This document shows, piece after piece, positions 11,153-20,830 of a DNA stretch of 64,000 nt (positions within the stretch are counted from its first letter, which is position 1; each line of letters begins with the position of its first letter). The DNA is taken from positions 4,608,001 to 4,672,000 of the forward strand of contig OY970166.1 in assembly GCA_963706595.1 (NCBI GenBank), in the 5' to 3' direction. The notes below the pieces were generated by a model. It searched no databases. It had not been told where the DNA came from and saw only the letters and a program-made list of their open reading frames with translations. Origin of the DNA: an uncultured cyanobacterium (GTDB taxonomy: Bacteria > Cyanobacteriota > Cyanobacteriia > Cyanobacteriales > Nostocaceae). The position numbers were made by a program, and so were the translations under genes.

Positions 11153-11461
11153 GTGGTTATAGAACTACTGAAGTTTCAGGTTGCGCCGGAAATGCGAGAA
11201 AATTATATCCAGAAGGATGCAGAAATTTGGACAACCGGGCTGGCTAAGTATCCGGGGTTTTTAGGAAAAGAAGTTTGGATTAACCCCAATGATCCCACAG
11301 AACTGATTTTAATTATTCGTTGGGCAACAAAAGAACAGTGGAAAGCCATACCCTTAGAAGATTTACAGATAATTGAAGACAAATTCACTCAAGCAATGGG
11401 AAAATCATATCCCATTGTCGAGTCAGCCGAATATCAGGTCCGAAAATTTCCCTATTCGTAA
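11153..11461 (+). CDS. TIGR03792-like ABM-fold (dimeric alpha-beta barrel) protein
   Basis: VIELLKFQV...YPGFLGKEVW pattern. Confidence 0.7.
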   Translation: MVIELLKFQVAPEMRENYIQKDAEIWTTGLAKYPGFLGKEVWINPNDPTELILIIRWATKEQWKAIPLEDLQIIEDKFTQAMGKSYPIVESAEYQVRKFPYS

Positions 11462-11630
11462 GTAATCATAGTTCCAAATCACATAGTCAAATAGAGTCTA
11501 GGCATCATTGAACAACAGGTGTGGTCAAGAATTGAAGAAGAATCTTGGCGTTTGTTGTGGGGGTAAAACCCGGATCTCAAAGTAACGCCAATTTATGACA
11601 CCGTAGACAAGGGAGGAGGGGGAGTTTGAG

Positions 11631-13361
11631 CTAATTTATTTCTTGGCGACGATGATGGGCGGCTTGTAATAATAAGGACTCTGCAAAAGCGATCGCATCT
11701 GTGGCAGATTTCCCACCGGCTAACTGCGCTAGTTCTTCGCGGCGATGGCTGAGATTTTCTAAATTAGTGACTCGCACCACAGTGCGCTGCTCAGTATTAC
11801 GACCTTGGGTAATTGTTTGTTTATCTACACGAAAATGTCGATCAGCCATGGCGGCAATTAAAGGCTGATGGGTGACACATAAGACTTGGTTATTTTGACT
11901 AAGCTGATGTAATTTTTCGGCGATCGCCTGAGCAACTCTCCCAGAAACTCCGACATCAATTTCATCAAATACCATTGTTTCGGCGGCATCCACTTGACAA
12001 AAGCAGGCTTTTAGTGCTAATAAAAACCGACTCATTTCCCCACCAGAGGCGATCGCAATCAAAGGTTGCAGTGGTTCCCCAGGATTCGGGCTAAACATAA
12101 AGGTAATTTTGTCTGCACCTGCGGCTGTGGGGGAAGTAGCCGCTATCTCCACCTGAAACTTCACCTTTTCCATCGCTAAAGGCTTCAATTCACACAGCAA
12201 TTGAGATTCTAAATGTGCGGCGGTTTGACGACGCAATTTTGTTAACTTGGCACAAGCTTGATTTAGCTGGACAAAACACGCTGTTTCCTGTTGTTCTAGA
12301 CTTTCAATCGATTGTTCGCTATCATTGAGTTCTCCTAATTCACCTTGAATGCGTTGATAATATGCGATCGCTTCTGTAAGAGTCGGTCCATACTTGCGAC
12401 AAATTTGTTTTAACTCTTGAATCCGTTCTTCTACTTCTTGCAAACGTTGGGGATCAGCTTCCAAACTACTTCCATAAGCATTAATTTGTCTTCCCACCTC
12501 AATCATCACAGTTTGAGCATCCCTAACCAAATCCAACAAAGGTTGCAGTTGGACATCGTACTCTACCATGTCAGTTAATGTCGCTTCGCTGTCCCCCAAT
12601 AAATCTGCGGCGGCTGGGGTTTCATTATCGTTTTGATACAAGGATTGATACACCTTGTAGCTCATCTGTTGCAATTCCACTACATGATTGAGGCGTTCTC
12701 GTTCCTGCACCAGTTGTTCCCATTCCTGGGGATCATGGAGATTAGCGCCTCCCAATTCTTGTATTTGATAAGTAAGTAAATCCAATTGCTGGAGACGTTC
12801 CCGTTCTGATGTCCGGCGTTTTTCTAATACTTGATGGGCTTTTTGGTAAGCTATAAAAGCCGTGGCGATGATTTGACGCTGTTGTAGCAGCGAGTCGCCA
12901 CCATACACATCTAACCATTCTCGGACTTGGGCGGATTGTCCCACCTGTACAGTTTGACCTTGGGCGGTAATTTCCACAAGGCGATCGCGCAAACCGCCCA
13001 TAATTTGCCGATTTACCAACACCCCATTCACCCGCGACCGACTGCGGATATTACTAGTAGTTGCAGTAATTTCTCGGCTGACTATTACACAGTTATCTTC
13101 AATTAAATCGATTTCCTGTTCCATCAACCAAGCCGTTAAAGCCGGATTAGATGTAAAAGTAGCTTCTACCATTGAGCGATTCGTCCCCGTGCGAATGACT
13201 CGACTAGAGACTTTACCACCCAAAGCCGCATCAATAGCATCTAAAATAATCGATTTTCCCGCGCCGGTTTCACCTGTCAAGACATTGAGTCCAGCCCCAA
13301 ATTCCAGTTCCAGTTGGTCAATTAGGGCAAAATTTTGGATTCGCAGGTAAAGCAACATCAA
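11631..13361 (-). CDS. recN: DNA repair protein RecN
   Basis: LTGETGAGKS, ASGGEMSR, FDEID, CVTHQP. Confidence 0.96.
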   Translation of the reverse strand: MMLLYLRIQNFALIDQLELEFGAGLNVLTGETGAGKSIILDAIDAALGGKVSSRVIRTGTNRSMVEATFTSNPALTAWLMEQEIDLIEDNCVIVSREITATTSNIRSRSRVNGVLVNRQIMGGLRDRLVEITAQGQTVQVGQSAQVREWLDVYGGDSLLQQRQIIATAFIAYQKAHQVLEKRRTSERERLQQLDLLTYQIQELGGANLHDPQEWEQLVQERERLNHVVELQQMSYKVYQSLYQNDNETPAAADLLGDSEATLTDMVEYDVQLQPLLDLVRDAQTVMIEVGRQINAYGSSLEADPQRLQEVEERIQELKQICRKYGPTLTEAIAYYQRIQGELGELNDSEQSIESLEQQETACFVQLNQACAKLTKLRRQTAAHLESQLLCELKPLAMEKVKFQVEIAATSPTAAGADKITFMFSPNPGEPLQPLIAIASGGEMSRFLLALKACFCQVDAAETMVFDEIDVGVSGRVAQAIAEKLHQLSQNNQVLCVTHQPLIAAMADRHFRVDKQTITQGRNTEQRTVVRVTNLENLSHRREELAQLAGGKSATDAIAFAESLLLQAAHHRRQEIN

Positions 13362-13486
13362 GCCAAATTCTCCATGAGGGCAGATGCCGAAACTTTTAAG
13401 TTACACAAAACTAAGCACTATCTTTTCGTTACCTGCCTTTGGTGCATACATATTTTAATGATACAACCCTTGGGGACAGAAAATCT

Positions 13487-13582
13487 GGCGTTGCTGATTT
13501 GAAGTGATGATGTCAAAACCCCTGTAGAGACGTTCCATGGAACGTCTCTACATTTAAATTCATACTTGGTTTCAGCAACGCC
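13487..13582. mobile_element. 96-bp MITE with GGCGTTGCTGA terminal inverted repeats and 8-bp target-site duplication GAAAATCT
   Basis: TIRs at both ends; TSD at 13479-13486 and 13583-13590; internal palindrome GTAGAGACGTTCCATGGAACGTCTCTAC; second copy starts at 30940. Confidence 0.85.
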
Positions 13583-13802
13583 GAAAATCTCTACTTGGTT
13601 TCCAGTGCCGGAAGTGGACAAAACCGACTGGACTGACACAGCTAAAATAGTGCATGATGATTTTCTTGTGGAACAGGCATCTTGCCTGTTATGGGCAGGC
13701 CAGACAGCTTACCCCACAATTTTATCCCTGTTAGAAGGATGCTTGTTTGTAAACTTATTGTTACAATAATTTACAAGCTTAATCCGACCGTTGGCTGACT
13801 TC

Positions 13803-15821
13803 ATGATTGTTAAGACACTTCCCCCGACTTCCCGAAACACCGAGGACGAACCACAAGTGACTGAAGTATTCACAAAAAATGGCAAATCAACTTTGGTTGT
13901 TCGTTCACCAAAACGCATAATTGACCAAAGTTTAGAGACTGATGCCATACTTTACGATCCCCAAGAGATAGGAGAATATTATCGCCACCGCCCCCTGAAA
14001 GTTTTGCGGCGGATTTTCGCAGTTTTAGGGCCGACTATTTCCTTTGTTTTTGGGTTGTGGTGGGACAGCCGGCGGGGAATAGCCGTGAAAAAAGACCAGC
14101 GTCGAGCCGTGCAGTTGCGAGAATTACTGACGAAACTGGGACCGGCTTACATCAAAATTGGACAGGCTTTATCCACTAGACCGGATTTGGTTCCCCCCGC
14201 ATATCTAGAAGAATTAACGAGGTTACAAGACCAATTACCGCCCTTTGCTAACGAAATTGCTTACCAATTTATTGAGGAAGAATTAGGCGCACCACCCCAG
14301 GAGATTTACGCCGAACTCTCCCCCCAGCCCATTGCGGCCGCTTCTTTGGGGCAAGTTTATAAAGGTAAACTAAAAACTGGTGAAGAAGTCGCCATTAAAG
14401 TCCAACGCCCTGATTTAAGAGAAAAAATTGCCATTGACTTGTTTATTTTGCGCCAACTGGCCGCTTGGGTAAAAAACAGAGTTAGACGAATCCGCAGTGA
14501 CTTGGTTGGTATCCTCGATGAATTAGGCGATCGCATCTTTGAAGAGATGGATTATATTCATGAGGGAGAAAATGCCGAACGCTTCTTTGAGTTATATGGT
14601 CATATAGAAGACATTTACGTTCCCAAGATTTACTGGGAATACACCAATCGGCGCGTGTTGACGATGGAGTGGATAAACGGCACAAAATTAACCCAAACCG
14701 CCGAGATTAACGCCCAAGGTATAGATGCCCGTTATTTGATAGAAGTGGGTGTGCAATGCTCTCTGCGCCAGCTACTAGAACACGGATTTTTCCATGCTGA
14801 CCCCCATCCTGGTAATTTGTTAGCTACACCAGAGGGTAAACTGGCTTATCTCGACTTTGGGATGATGAGCGAGGTGCAACCGCCCCAAAGATATGGTTTA
14901 ATTGAGGCGATCGTTCACGTTGTTAACCGCGACTTTGAAGGTTTAGCCAACGACTACGTAAAGCTAGATTTTTTATCCCCAGAAACAGATTTAACCCCAA
15001 TTATTCCTGCGTTTGCGAGAGTGTTTGCTGATGCTCAAGGAGCCAGTGTTGCTGACTTAAACATCAAAAGCATCACTGATGAACTTTCAGCTTTGATGTA
15101 TGAGTATCCTTTCCGCGTTCCTCCCTACTACGCGTTAATTATTCGCTCCCTGGTAACTTTGGAAGGTATTGCGATATATATAGACCCGGAATTTAAAGTT
15201 CTCAGTGAAGCATATCCTTATGTTGCGAAACGCCTGTTAACCGACCAAGCACCACAATTAAGAACATCTCTGCAAAATTTGTTGTTTAAAGATGAAAAAT
15301 TCCGGTGGAATCGGTTAGAAAACTTGCTACGCAATGCTAAGAAAAATCAAGATTACGACTTTAATCTAGTTTTAGACCAGGGAGTAGAATTTCTCTCTTC
15401 TGAACGTGGTTCATTTATTCGTGACAGGTTGGTAGATGAATTTTTGAATGGAATCAATGCTGTCAGCAAAAATGTTATGCACAATTTCACTTATGTGCTG
15501 CGAGAAAGAGTAGGTTTGACAGCAGTTAATGAAACTCCTGGGGCGACAGTTGAACAACAACAAACCTTAGAGCATATTAAAAATATTTTAACTATTCTCC
15601 GAGAAACCCGTGGTTTTGACCCACTACAACTAGCGCCCCAACTCGCCCAATTGTTAGTTAATCCAGGTGTTCAGCGTTTGGGTCAACAAATTACCAATCG
15701 CCTGACGCAGAAAGCCCTCGCTCGGTTAATTCGGGAGTTATTAGCGGCGGAAGAAGTTAATAACAATCAAGGTCGGGCGTTAGCGAAACCTGCCAGAGCA
15801 TCCTTACCAGCAAGGGTGTAG
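13803..15821 (+). CDS. ABC1/UbiB (AarF) family atypical kinase
   Basis: IKIGQ, AAASLGQVY, VAIKVQRP, FHADPHPGN, LDFGM. Confidence 0.93.
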   Translation: MIVKTLPPTSRNTEDEPQVTEVFTKNGKSTLVVRSPKRIIDQSLETDAILYDPQEIGEYYRHRPLKVLRRIFAVLGPTISFVFGLWWDSRRGIAVKKDQRRAVQLRELLTKLGPAYIKIGQALSTRPDLVPPAYLEELTRLQDQLPPFANEIAYQFIEEELGAPPQEIYAELSPQPIAAASLGQVYKGKLKTGEEVAIKVQRPDLREKIAIDLFILRQLAAWVKNRVRRIRSDLVGILDELGDRIFEEMDYIHEGENAERFFELYGHIEDIYVPKIYWEYTNRRVLTMEWINGTKLTQTAEINAQGIDARYLIEVGVQCSLRQLLEHGFFHADPHPGNLLATPEGKLAYLDFGMMSEVQPPQRYGLIEAIVHVVNRDFEGLANDYVKLDFLSPETDLTPIIPAFARVFADAQGASVADLNIKSITDELSALMYEYPFRVPPYYALIIRSLVTLEGIAIYIDPEFKVLSEAYPYVAKRLLTDQAPQLRTSLQNLLFKDEKFRWNRLENLLRNAKKNQDYDFNLVLDQGVEFLSSERGSFIRDRLVDEFLNGINAVSKNVMHNFTYVLRERVGLTAVNETPGATVEQQQTLEHIKNILTILRETRGFDPLQLAPQLAQLLVNPGVQRLGQQITNRLTQKALARLIRELLAAEEVNNNQGRALAKPARASLPARV

Positions 15822-15846
15822 GATTAGCAAGAGAAATTAAAATCCT

Positions 15847-15908
15847 GTAGGGGCGGGTTTACAGATATCATTCACCATTAACGAAGATATTGGTAAACCC
15901 GCCCCTAC
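15847..15908. repeat. REP-like inverted pair GTAGGGGCGGGTTTAC ... GTAAACCCGCCCCTAC
   Basis: 16-bp perfect inverted repeat between convergent genes. Confidence 0.85.
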
Positions 15909-15925
15909 CTTGGGTATGCCCTACT

Positions 15926-16840
15926 CTAGTTGCATTTGTAGAAAGTTCTGTTTAACAGAAGATTGCGTACCCGGATACAGTCTGGTAAAATGCGAAAACC
16001 TAAGAAATTAGCACCATGTTTGAGTTCAAATAACTGACTTTTCACAGGATGAATTTTTAATCTTAATTGAGATAAATATTCTACAACCTGCAAACGGGCT
16101 TCAGCTAAAAAGTTCCAATCATCAGAAAATAAAGCAAAGTCATCGACGTAGCGCAGGTATTTTCTAGCTTTGAGTTCTTCTTTCACAAAATGGTCAAAAC
16201 TATTTAAATAAACATTAGCAAAAAACTGGCTAGTAAGATTACCAAGCGGTAAACCCCGCCGTCTTTGTAGCGGTGTGAATAAATTATCCCCTGCAAAATG
16301 TTCAGCTATTGGTAACTGTGCGTTGCTGTTGTCAATCATCATATCTATTAACCACAGCGTATCTGCACATTTTAATTTATGACGCAGCAAGGTTTTAAGA
16401 AATTCGTGGTCAATGCTGGGAAAATATTTTTGGATATCGCACTGAAGTACATAGCGACTGGAACGAGCAAATTTGGTAAATCGCCGCAAGGCGCGATGAG
16501 TACCGAAACCTACGCGATTCGCGTAAGAATCACCGATAAAGCTGGATTCAATTAGAGGTACAATAATATTACATAAAGCATGATGTACTACTCTATCTCG
16601 GTAGGGAGCAGCAGAAATCATGCGAATTTTTGGCTCTTTAATGTAAAAGGTTCTATATTCACCCGGCTGATAAGTTTGATTAGTTAGTTCTGTTTGTAAT
16701 TTGGCTAATTCAGCTTCTAAGTTATAGTTAAAATCTAAAACATTTTCTCGGAATCTTTTACCCCTTTGGGCTTTTTTAGCGGCTATTAGGAGATTTTCAA
16801 AATTGATAATTTGATGATAAAGATTACCGTGACGTTTCAT
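15926..16840 (-). CDS. DGR-type reverse transcriptase, apparently C-terminally truncated
   Basis: [30 protein letters not shown] (DGR SQ motif), RYVDD, FLGF; ends ~20 aa after FLGF; abuts avd. Confidence 0.9.
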   Translation of the reverse strand: MKRHGNLYHQIINFENLLIAAKKAQRGKRFRENVLDFNYNLEAELAKLQTELTNQTYQPGEYRTFYIKEPKIRMISAAPYRDRVVHHALCNIIVPLIESSFIGDSYANRVGFGTHRALRRFTKFARSSRYVLQCDIQKYFPSIDHEFLKTLLRHKLKCADTLWLIDMMIDNSNAQLPIAEHFAGDNLFTPLQRRRGLPLGNLTSQFFANVYLNSFDHFVKEELKARKYLRYVDDFALFSDDWNFLAEARLQVVEYLSQLRLKIHPVKSQLFELKHGANFLGFRILPDCIRVRNLLLNRTFYKCN

Positions 16841-17197
16841 TTAATTTTTTACAGATTTTTGATAATTACTTTGTTGTTTAATCCAGCCACCTAAATCCAT
16901 ACCAATTTCATTAATTAATTTGCCTGCATATTCATATCGGTGGATGGGAATTAAATCAAAATCAAATAATATCCTAGTTTGATATTTTAAAATATCTATA
17001 ATGCTTTTAAGTGGTTCTAACACACTGAGTTTTTCTTGGCGATAGCGAGCAGTTAATAAACCCTCTAGCAAATCATATAATTGATTTGTCATTCTGTCAC
17101 CCAAGGTAAATTTATGAATTTTGGGCAACCGAGTCAGAATTGGGATGTACCATTTAATCAAGTCGTAGGTTTTTTGGATGATTGGTAATTCTTCCAT
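16841..17197 (-). CDS. avd: DGR accessory variability determinant (four-helix bundle)
   Basis: ELPIIQKTYDL...LPKIHKFTLGDR...INEIGMDLGGWIK; lies between target gene and RT. Confidence 0.9.
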   Translation of the reverse strand: MEELPIIQKTYDLIKWYIPILTRLPKIHKFTLGDRMTNQLYDLLEGLLTARYRQEKLSVLEPLKSIIDILKYQTRILFDFDLIPIHRYEYAGKLINEIGMDLGGWIKQQSNYQKSVKN

Positions 17198-17360
17198 TTA
17201 AATTTGAGAAATTTCGCTGTTTGGTTTACATGACAGATTTTATATGTTATACTAAATTATAAGAGTGTATATCTGTAAAAAATTGATCGCTCCGTTTCAC
17301 TACGCTAGGAAAGGGCAAAGAGGAACAAGAGCAAAGAGCAGAGGGCTAGAGTGCAAAGGG

Positions 17361-18845
17361 CTAAAGAGTCCTCGCCGCCGCACCACTACAGACAACCCGA
17401 AAACCGAGATAGTAGTTCGCGTGGTCTGGGTTGTGGTTGCCGCGACGGGCAGAACGACAGTTCTCAGGATAGTTGCCCGACGAACCACCGCGCAGCAGCC
17501 GTCTGTTTTGATTATCATTATCAATCCATTCACTACCGTTATCAGGCGCACGTTCGTAGTTACTGTGCCAAGTATCTAGACACCATTCCCACAGATTTCC
17601 GTGCATATCATACAGTCCAAAGGCATTAGGAGGAAAGCTGCCTACAGGTGTTGTTTTTCGCCGATACTGTCCTTCAGGGCTATTACCATAAGTGTAGTTA
17701 CCATCATAGTTAGCCACTTCAGTTGTAATTATATCACCAAAATGGAAATGTGTGACAGTGCCTGCACGACAAGCATATTCCCATTCCGCCTCACTGGGTA
17801 GTCGGTAATCAAGACCTATTTTTTGAGACAGTCTCTGGCAAAACTCAACTGCATCATACCACGAAATACTCTCTACAGGAAGATGATCATCCCCTTTAAA
17901 ATGAGATGGTCGAATCTCTAGTTTTCTCTTAATTTGTGGAAAAGATGCAGCCACTCTTGCCCATTGTGCTTGAGTTACTAGGTATCTTCCCATATAAAAG
18001 GATGGAACTGTTACTTGGTGTTCGGGGCGTTCATCATCGCCGCTTCCTTCCTCTTTTTCGGAAGCACCCATCATAAAAGTATCACCAGGAATCTTAACCA
18101 TTTCTAGGTTTACACCCTGACCTAAATCTTCTATGAAGCCTTTAGCGTGTTTTGATATAAATTCCTCGTGAACAAATACTTGATTCTCGTATTCTGTTTT
18201 AAATAGTCCTTTTTTTACTTCAACTCGCTTAATGTCCGTTTTTAGCTTTACTATTTCAAACTTAAACTCAAATTTCTGTAATTTTGACTCAGGTTCAATT
18301 GGGGATGGCGAAGGAACGGGCTGAGGATTGGAAACAGGGTTACGAGGTGGCAAAGGTCTCAGCTTACCAAGGGCTGGTTTTTCATTTGCAGGTTGATTAG
18401 TTAAGTGGCGATAAAGGTTTTCATAGCCTTCATCATTATGAGCAAAATAATGAGTAGTTCCTTGCAAAGGCTTAGGGATATCCTCAAATTTACCCGATTC
18501 TAGTAATACAGGTATAAACCTGTGATTTAATGCCCCTGCATTGAAAAGGTCTTGAGATGTCAGATGTCCTTCCCATCGCACACCATTTCCTCGTCCTGGT
18601 TCTTCTTCACCTTTGCAACGACGTTTATAGATTGCTGTACATATTACTAAAACAAAATTCGCTTGCTCAATCTGTCTTTCCATCCACCGAGGCCAGCCTT
18701 CGGGAGGCGCTAATTCATATTGGTCAAGATTGCAGTCAATTCCCGATTTACGTAGCTTATCCGATAATGCTAATACGCTTTGTTTATGTTCAGGCGAGTC
18801 CCAACTATAGCTAATAAAGACTTTTGGCGGAGTCTGATTTGACAT
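17361..18845 (-). CDS. DGR target protein: N-terminal SEFIR domain, Pro-rich linker, C-terminal FGE-sulfatase (CLec-fold) domain
   Basis: PKVFISYSWDSPEH...GWPRWM (SEFIR); RLPSEAEWEYACRAG, NAFGLYDMHGNLWEW, RGGS...GFRVV (FGE/CLec); start at MSNQ. Confidence 0.9.
   Translation of the reverse strand: MSNQTPPKVFISYSWDSPEHKQSVLALSDKLRKSGIDCNLDQYELAPPEGWPRWMERQIEQANFVLVICTAIYKRRCKGEEEPGRGNGVRWEGHLTSQDLFNAGALNHRFIPVLLESGKFEDIPKPLQGTTHYFAHNDEGYENLYRHLTNQPANEKPALGKLRPLPPRNPVSNPQPVPSPSPIEPESKLQKFEFKFEIVKLKTDIKRVEVKKGLFKTEYENQVFVHEEFISKHAKGFIEDLGQGVNLEMVKIPGDTFMMGASEKEEGSGDDERPEHQVTVPSFYMGRYLVTQAQWARVAASFPQIKRKLEIRPSHFKGDDHLPVESISWYDAVEFCQRLSQKIGLDYRLPSEAEWEYACRAGTVTHFHFGDIITTEVANYDGNYTYGNSPEGQYRRKTTPVGSFPPNAFGLYDMHGNLWEWCLDTWHSNYERAPDNGSEWIDNDNQNRRLLRGGSSGNYPENCRSARRGNHNPDHANYYLGFRVVCSGAAARTL
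17385..17500 (-). repeat. DGR variable repeat (VR) at the 3' end of the target gene
   Basis: Encodes LLRGGSSGNYPENCRSARRGNHNPDHANYYLGFRVVC; variable codons (GGC AAC TAT, CGT, GGC AAC CAC AAC, CAC, AAC TAC TAT CTC) fit descent from AAC/AAT/ATC. Confidence 0.75.
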
Positions 18846-19102
18846 ATTTTTAAAAAGGTAAAGATAAACCAAGTAGGGTGTGTTGTCGCGCAGCGCAACG
18901 CACCACAAACAATTCATAACTAATTTCCATAATCTACCGAGATATACTGACTCAAAAGACAAATACTATATTTTTAAACATTTTTCAAGTGTGTACCTAG
19001 CATAGCACTTCTCTACATAGCTATAAATACAGATCCAGCTAAAATATTGAAATTTGTAAGGACTTTAATTACTTTCTAAAAATAAAAATGGATTTGAGTT
19101 TT

Positions 19103-19287
19103 TAGAACTTACGCATTGTACAAATTAACATGGTATGCTGTTACCAAAAATAGCCAATTCCTGGCTTTGATGATGATATTTAGTAAATGTACTCGTGTGG
19201 TAAGGGTTTAGCATTGCTAAACCCCTACGAAATATGTATTTTTTAGTGTGTACATATTTGGTATTTATTGTCAATGCGTAAATCCTA
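19103..19287. mobile_element. MITE with TAG(A/G)A(C/T)TTACGCATTG inverted ends (IS630-like) and internal REP-like palindrome
   Basis: tagaacttacgcattg ... caatgcgtaaatccta; internal gtaagggtttagcattgctaaacccctac. Confidence 0.7.
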
Positions 19288-19321
19288 ATTTTGATGCTCA
19301 TCGAGAAATGAATAAAAGATC

Positions 19322-19354
19322 AGATCCCCGACTTCTTCAAGAAGTCGGGGATCT
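19322..19354. terminator. Perfect hairpin AGATCCCCGACTTCTT-C-AAGAAGTCGGGGATCT (dispersed repeat/terminator)
   Basis: 16-bp perfect stem just downstream of the 19366-19827 gene. Confidence 0.7.
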
Positions 19355-19365
19355 AAGCATCTCGA

Positions 19366-19827
19366 CTATAAAATAAAATATCTGGCAATAATGACGGTGA
19401 TTAATAATGTTAAATAAAACGGGTAAACAGAAAAAGAAAGACTAGAGGTAAATAATAAATTGACAACATTCATGCCTTTTGGTGGCTTCAGCATAAAAAG
19501 CTGATTAATTGTCACTTCGCCTGAATGTAAATCTTTGACAAAATCGTTATATATCTCCCGAAAGCTGCGTTCTTGACCCAAATAATATGAATCTAGTAAA
19601 AAGAACAGCACAATGGGGATAAGAGATATCCAAGCATAAGTAGGCTTATTCTTATCCGCTAATACGACTAAAGTTGCCGAAACCAGAGAAATACACCAAG
19701 TTTTGCAGCTGGCGCTATTATTTGCCATCCGCGCAATAACCCCTTGCAAAATATTCAGATAACTCTGCACAGAGTTAGAATCAGGGTCTACCTTATGTGG
19801 TTGTGACTGCGGATTAAAGTTACTCAC
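19366..19827 (-). CDS. Small multi-pass membrane protein
   Basis: YLNILQGVIARMANNSASCKTW...FFLLDSYYLGQERSFR; about three hydrophobic helices; GTG start. Confidence 0.75.
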   Translation of the reverse strand: MSNFNPQSQPHKVDPDSNSVQSYLNILQGVIARMANNSASCKTWCISLVSATLVVLADKNKPTYAWISLIPIVLFFLLDSYYLGQERSFREIYNDFVKDLHSGEVTINQLFMLKPPKGMNVVNLLFTSSLSFSVYPFYLTLLITVIIARYFIL

Positions 19828-19920
19828 GGAAACTTTTCGCTACTGTTGTGGTATTTTAATTCTTATTGTATATCGTTGACGCTGCTTTGATTGAATCCAA
19901 AATGGATAAAATCGAGCTAA

Positions 19921-20228
19921 GAGGGTGTTTGAAAAGTCGTAGAGTATACCCTAGACCCCTCTCCAAACCTCTCCCCGAAGCGGAGAGAGGCTTTGAAACC
20001 CCCATTCCAGCAACAAAAGTTTTTCCTTTTCCCTCTCCTTGTAGGAGAGGGCTAGGGAGAGGTAAGGAAGGGAGGCTATGGGGGGTTAGGTTTGTGTTAG
20101 CGATATAGCGGTTCTCGGTTGAGTGAGATACAAGAACCCCACCCCCAACCCCCTCCCCGCAAGCAAGGAGGGGGCTATGATGTATTTCATTCAAGTGCAT
20201 ACCGCTATAATACTTTTCAAACAACCTC
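19921..20228. mobile_element. IS5/IS1031-like MITE (GAG...CTC ends, TAA TSD) containing a nested TATAGCGGT...ACCGCTATA MITE (20104-20209)
   Basis: gagggtgtttgaaaagt ... acttttcaaacaacctc flanked by TAA at 19918-19920 and 20229-20231. Confidence 0.8.
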
Positions 20229-20234
20229 TAAGAC

Positions 20235-20669
20235 TTAATCTGAGTCTCTATGGTGGTCATTTCTGTCACGTTTAAGACTTTCTTCTAAAGCTTGAATCTG
20301 TTCTCTCCGGGCTTCTAATTCCAGAGAACGACGTGCTAAATCTTGATTTTGTAAAGTTAGAGATTGTCGCCAACTTTCAGCGATTTCTGCTTCTTTTTGC
20401 AAGTCAGTCGGTGTCATCCCAATGCTGAGAAAAGTTTGGACTAAATTTACTACCCAGTTCCTAGCATCTGCTAAACTTTCAATTTCACCTGTAGGGGAAA
20501 CCTGCACTAAAACCAGCAAATTCTCACTCACGGGAGTTGTTTTGCTCAACAAAACAAAACTTTCTTCTGGAATAACTACCCAAAGGTTTTGACTTTCTTG
20601 ACGTGCTAACAAGCGTAACTGATATTTGTCTGAAAATTCATTTTTATTTACTTGAGCTAGATATAGCAT
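20235..20669 (-). CDS. Conserved cyanobacterial coiled-coil protein (N-terminus resembles HmpF)
   Basis: MLYLAQV...LRLLARQ...ESWRQSLTLQNQDLARR. Confidence 0.6.
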   Translation of the reverse strand: MLYLAQVNKNEFSDKYQLRLLARQESQNLWVVIPEESFVLLSKTTPVSENLLVLVQVSPTGEIESLADARNWVVNLVQTFLSIGMTPTDLQKEAEIAESWRQSLTLQNQDLARRSLELEARREQIQALEESLKRDRNDHHRDSD

Positions 20670-20830
20670 GGCGTTCGATTCAGATTTGAATTGCCAAAAT
20701 ATTTTTAAGTTTAAATTTAATCTAAGTAGGTACAGGGCGGGCAAGATGCCCACCCCACAAGATTTATCATCTTAAGATGTGTACCTGATTTGCTGTCAAA
20801 GTGCTGTAACTCAACTGTTACCCATTACAG

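Noticed and set aside
13418..13769. Short ORFs between recN and the ABC1 kinase
   Set aside because: They span a MITE and REP-like repeats and have no protein-like features
17198..17360. Possible template repeat between target gene and avd
   Set aside because: No similarity to the VR and no AAC runs; it holds only the pyrimidine tract and an AT-rich promoter-like segment
19856..20224. 122-aa and 80-aa ORFs
   Set aside because: Translations of nested MITE/palindromic repeats
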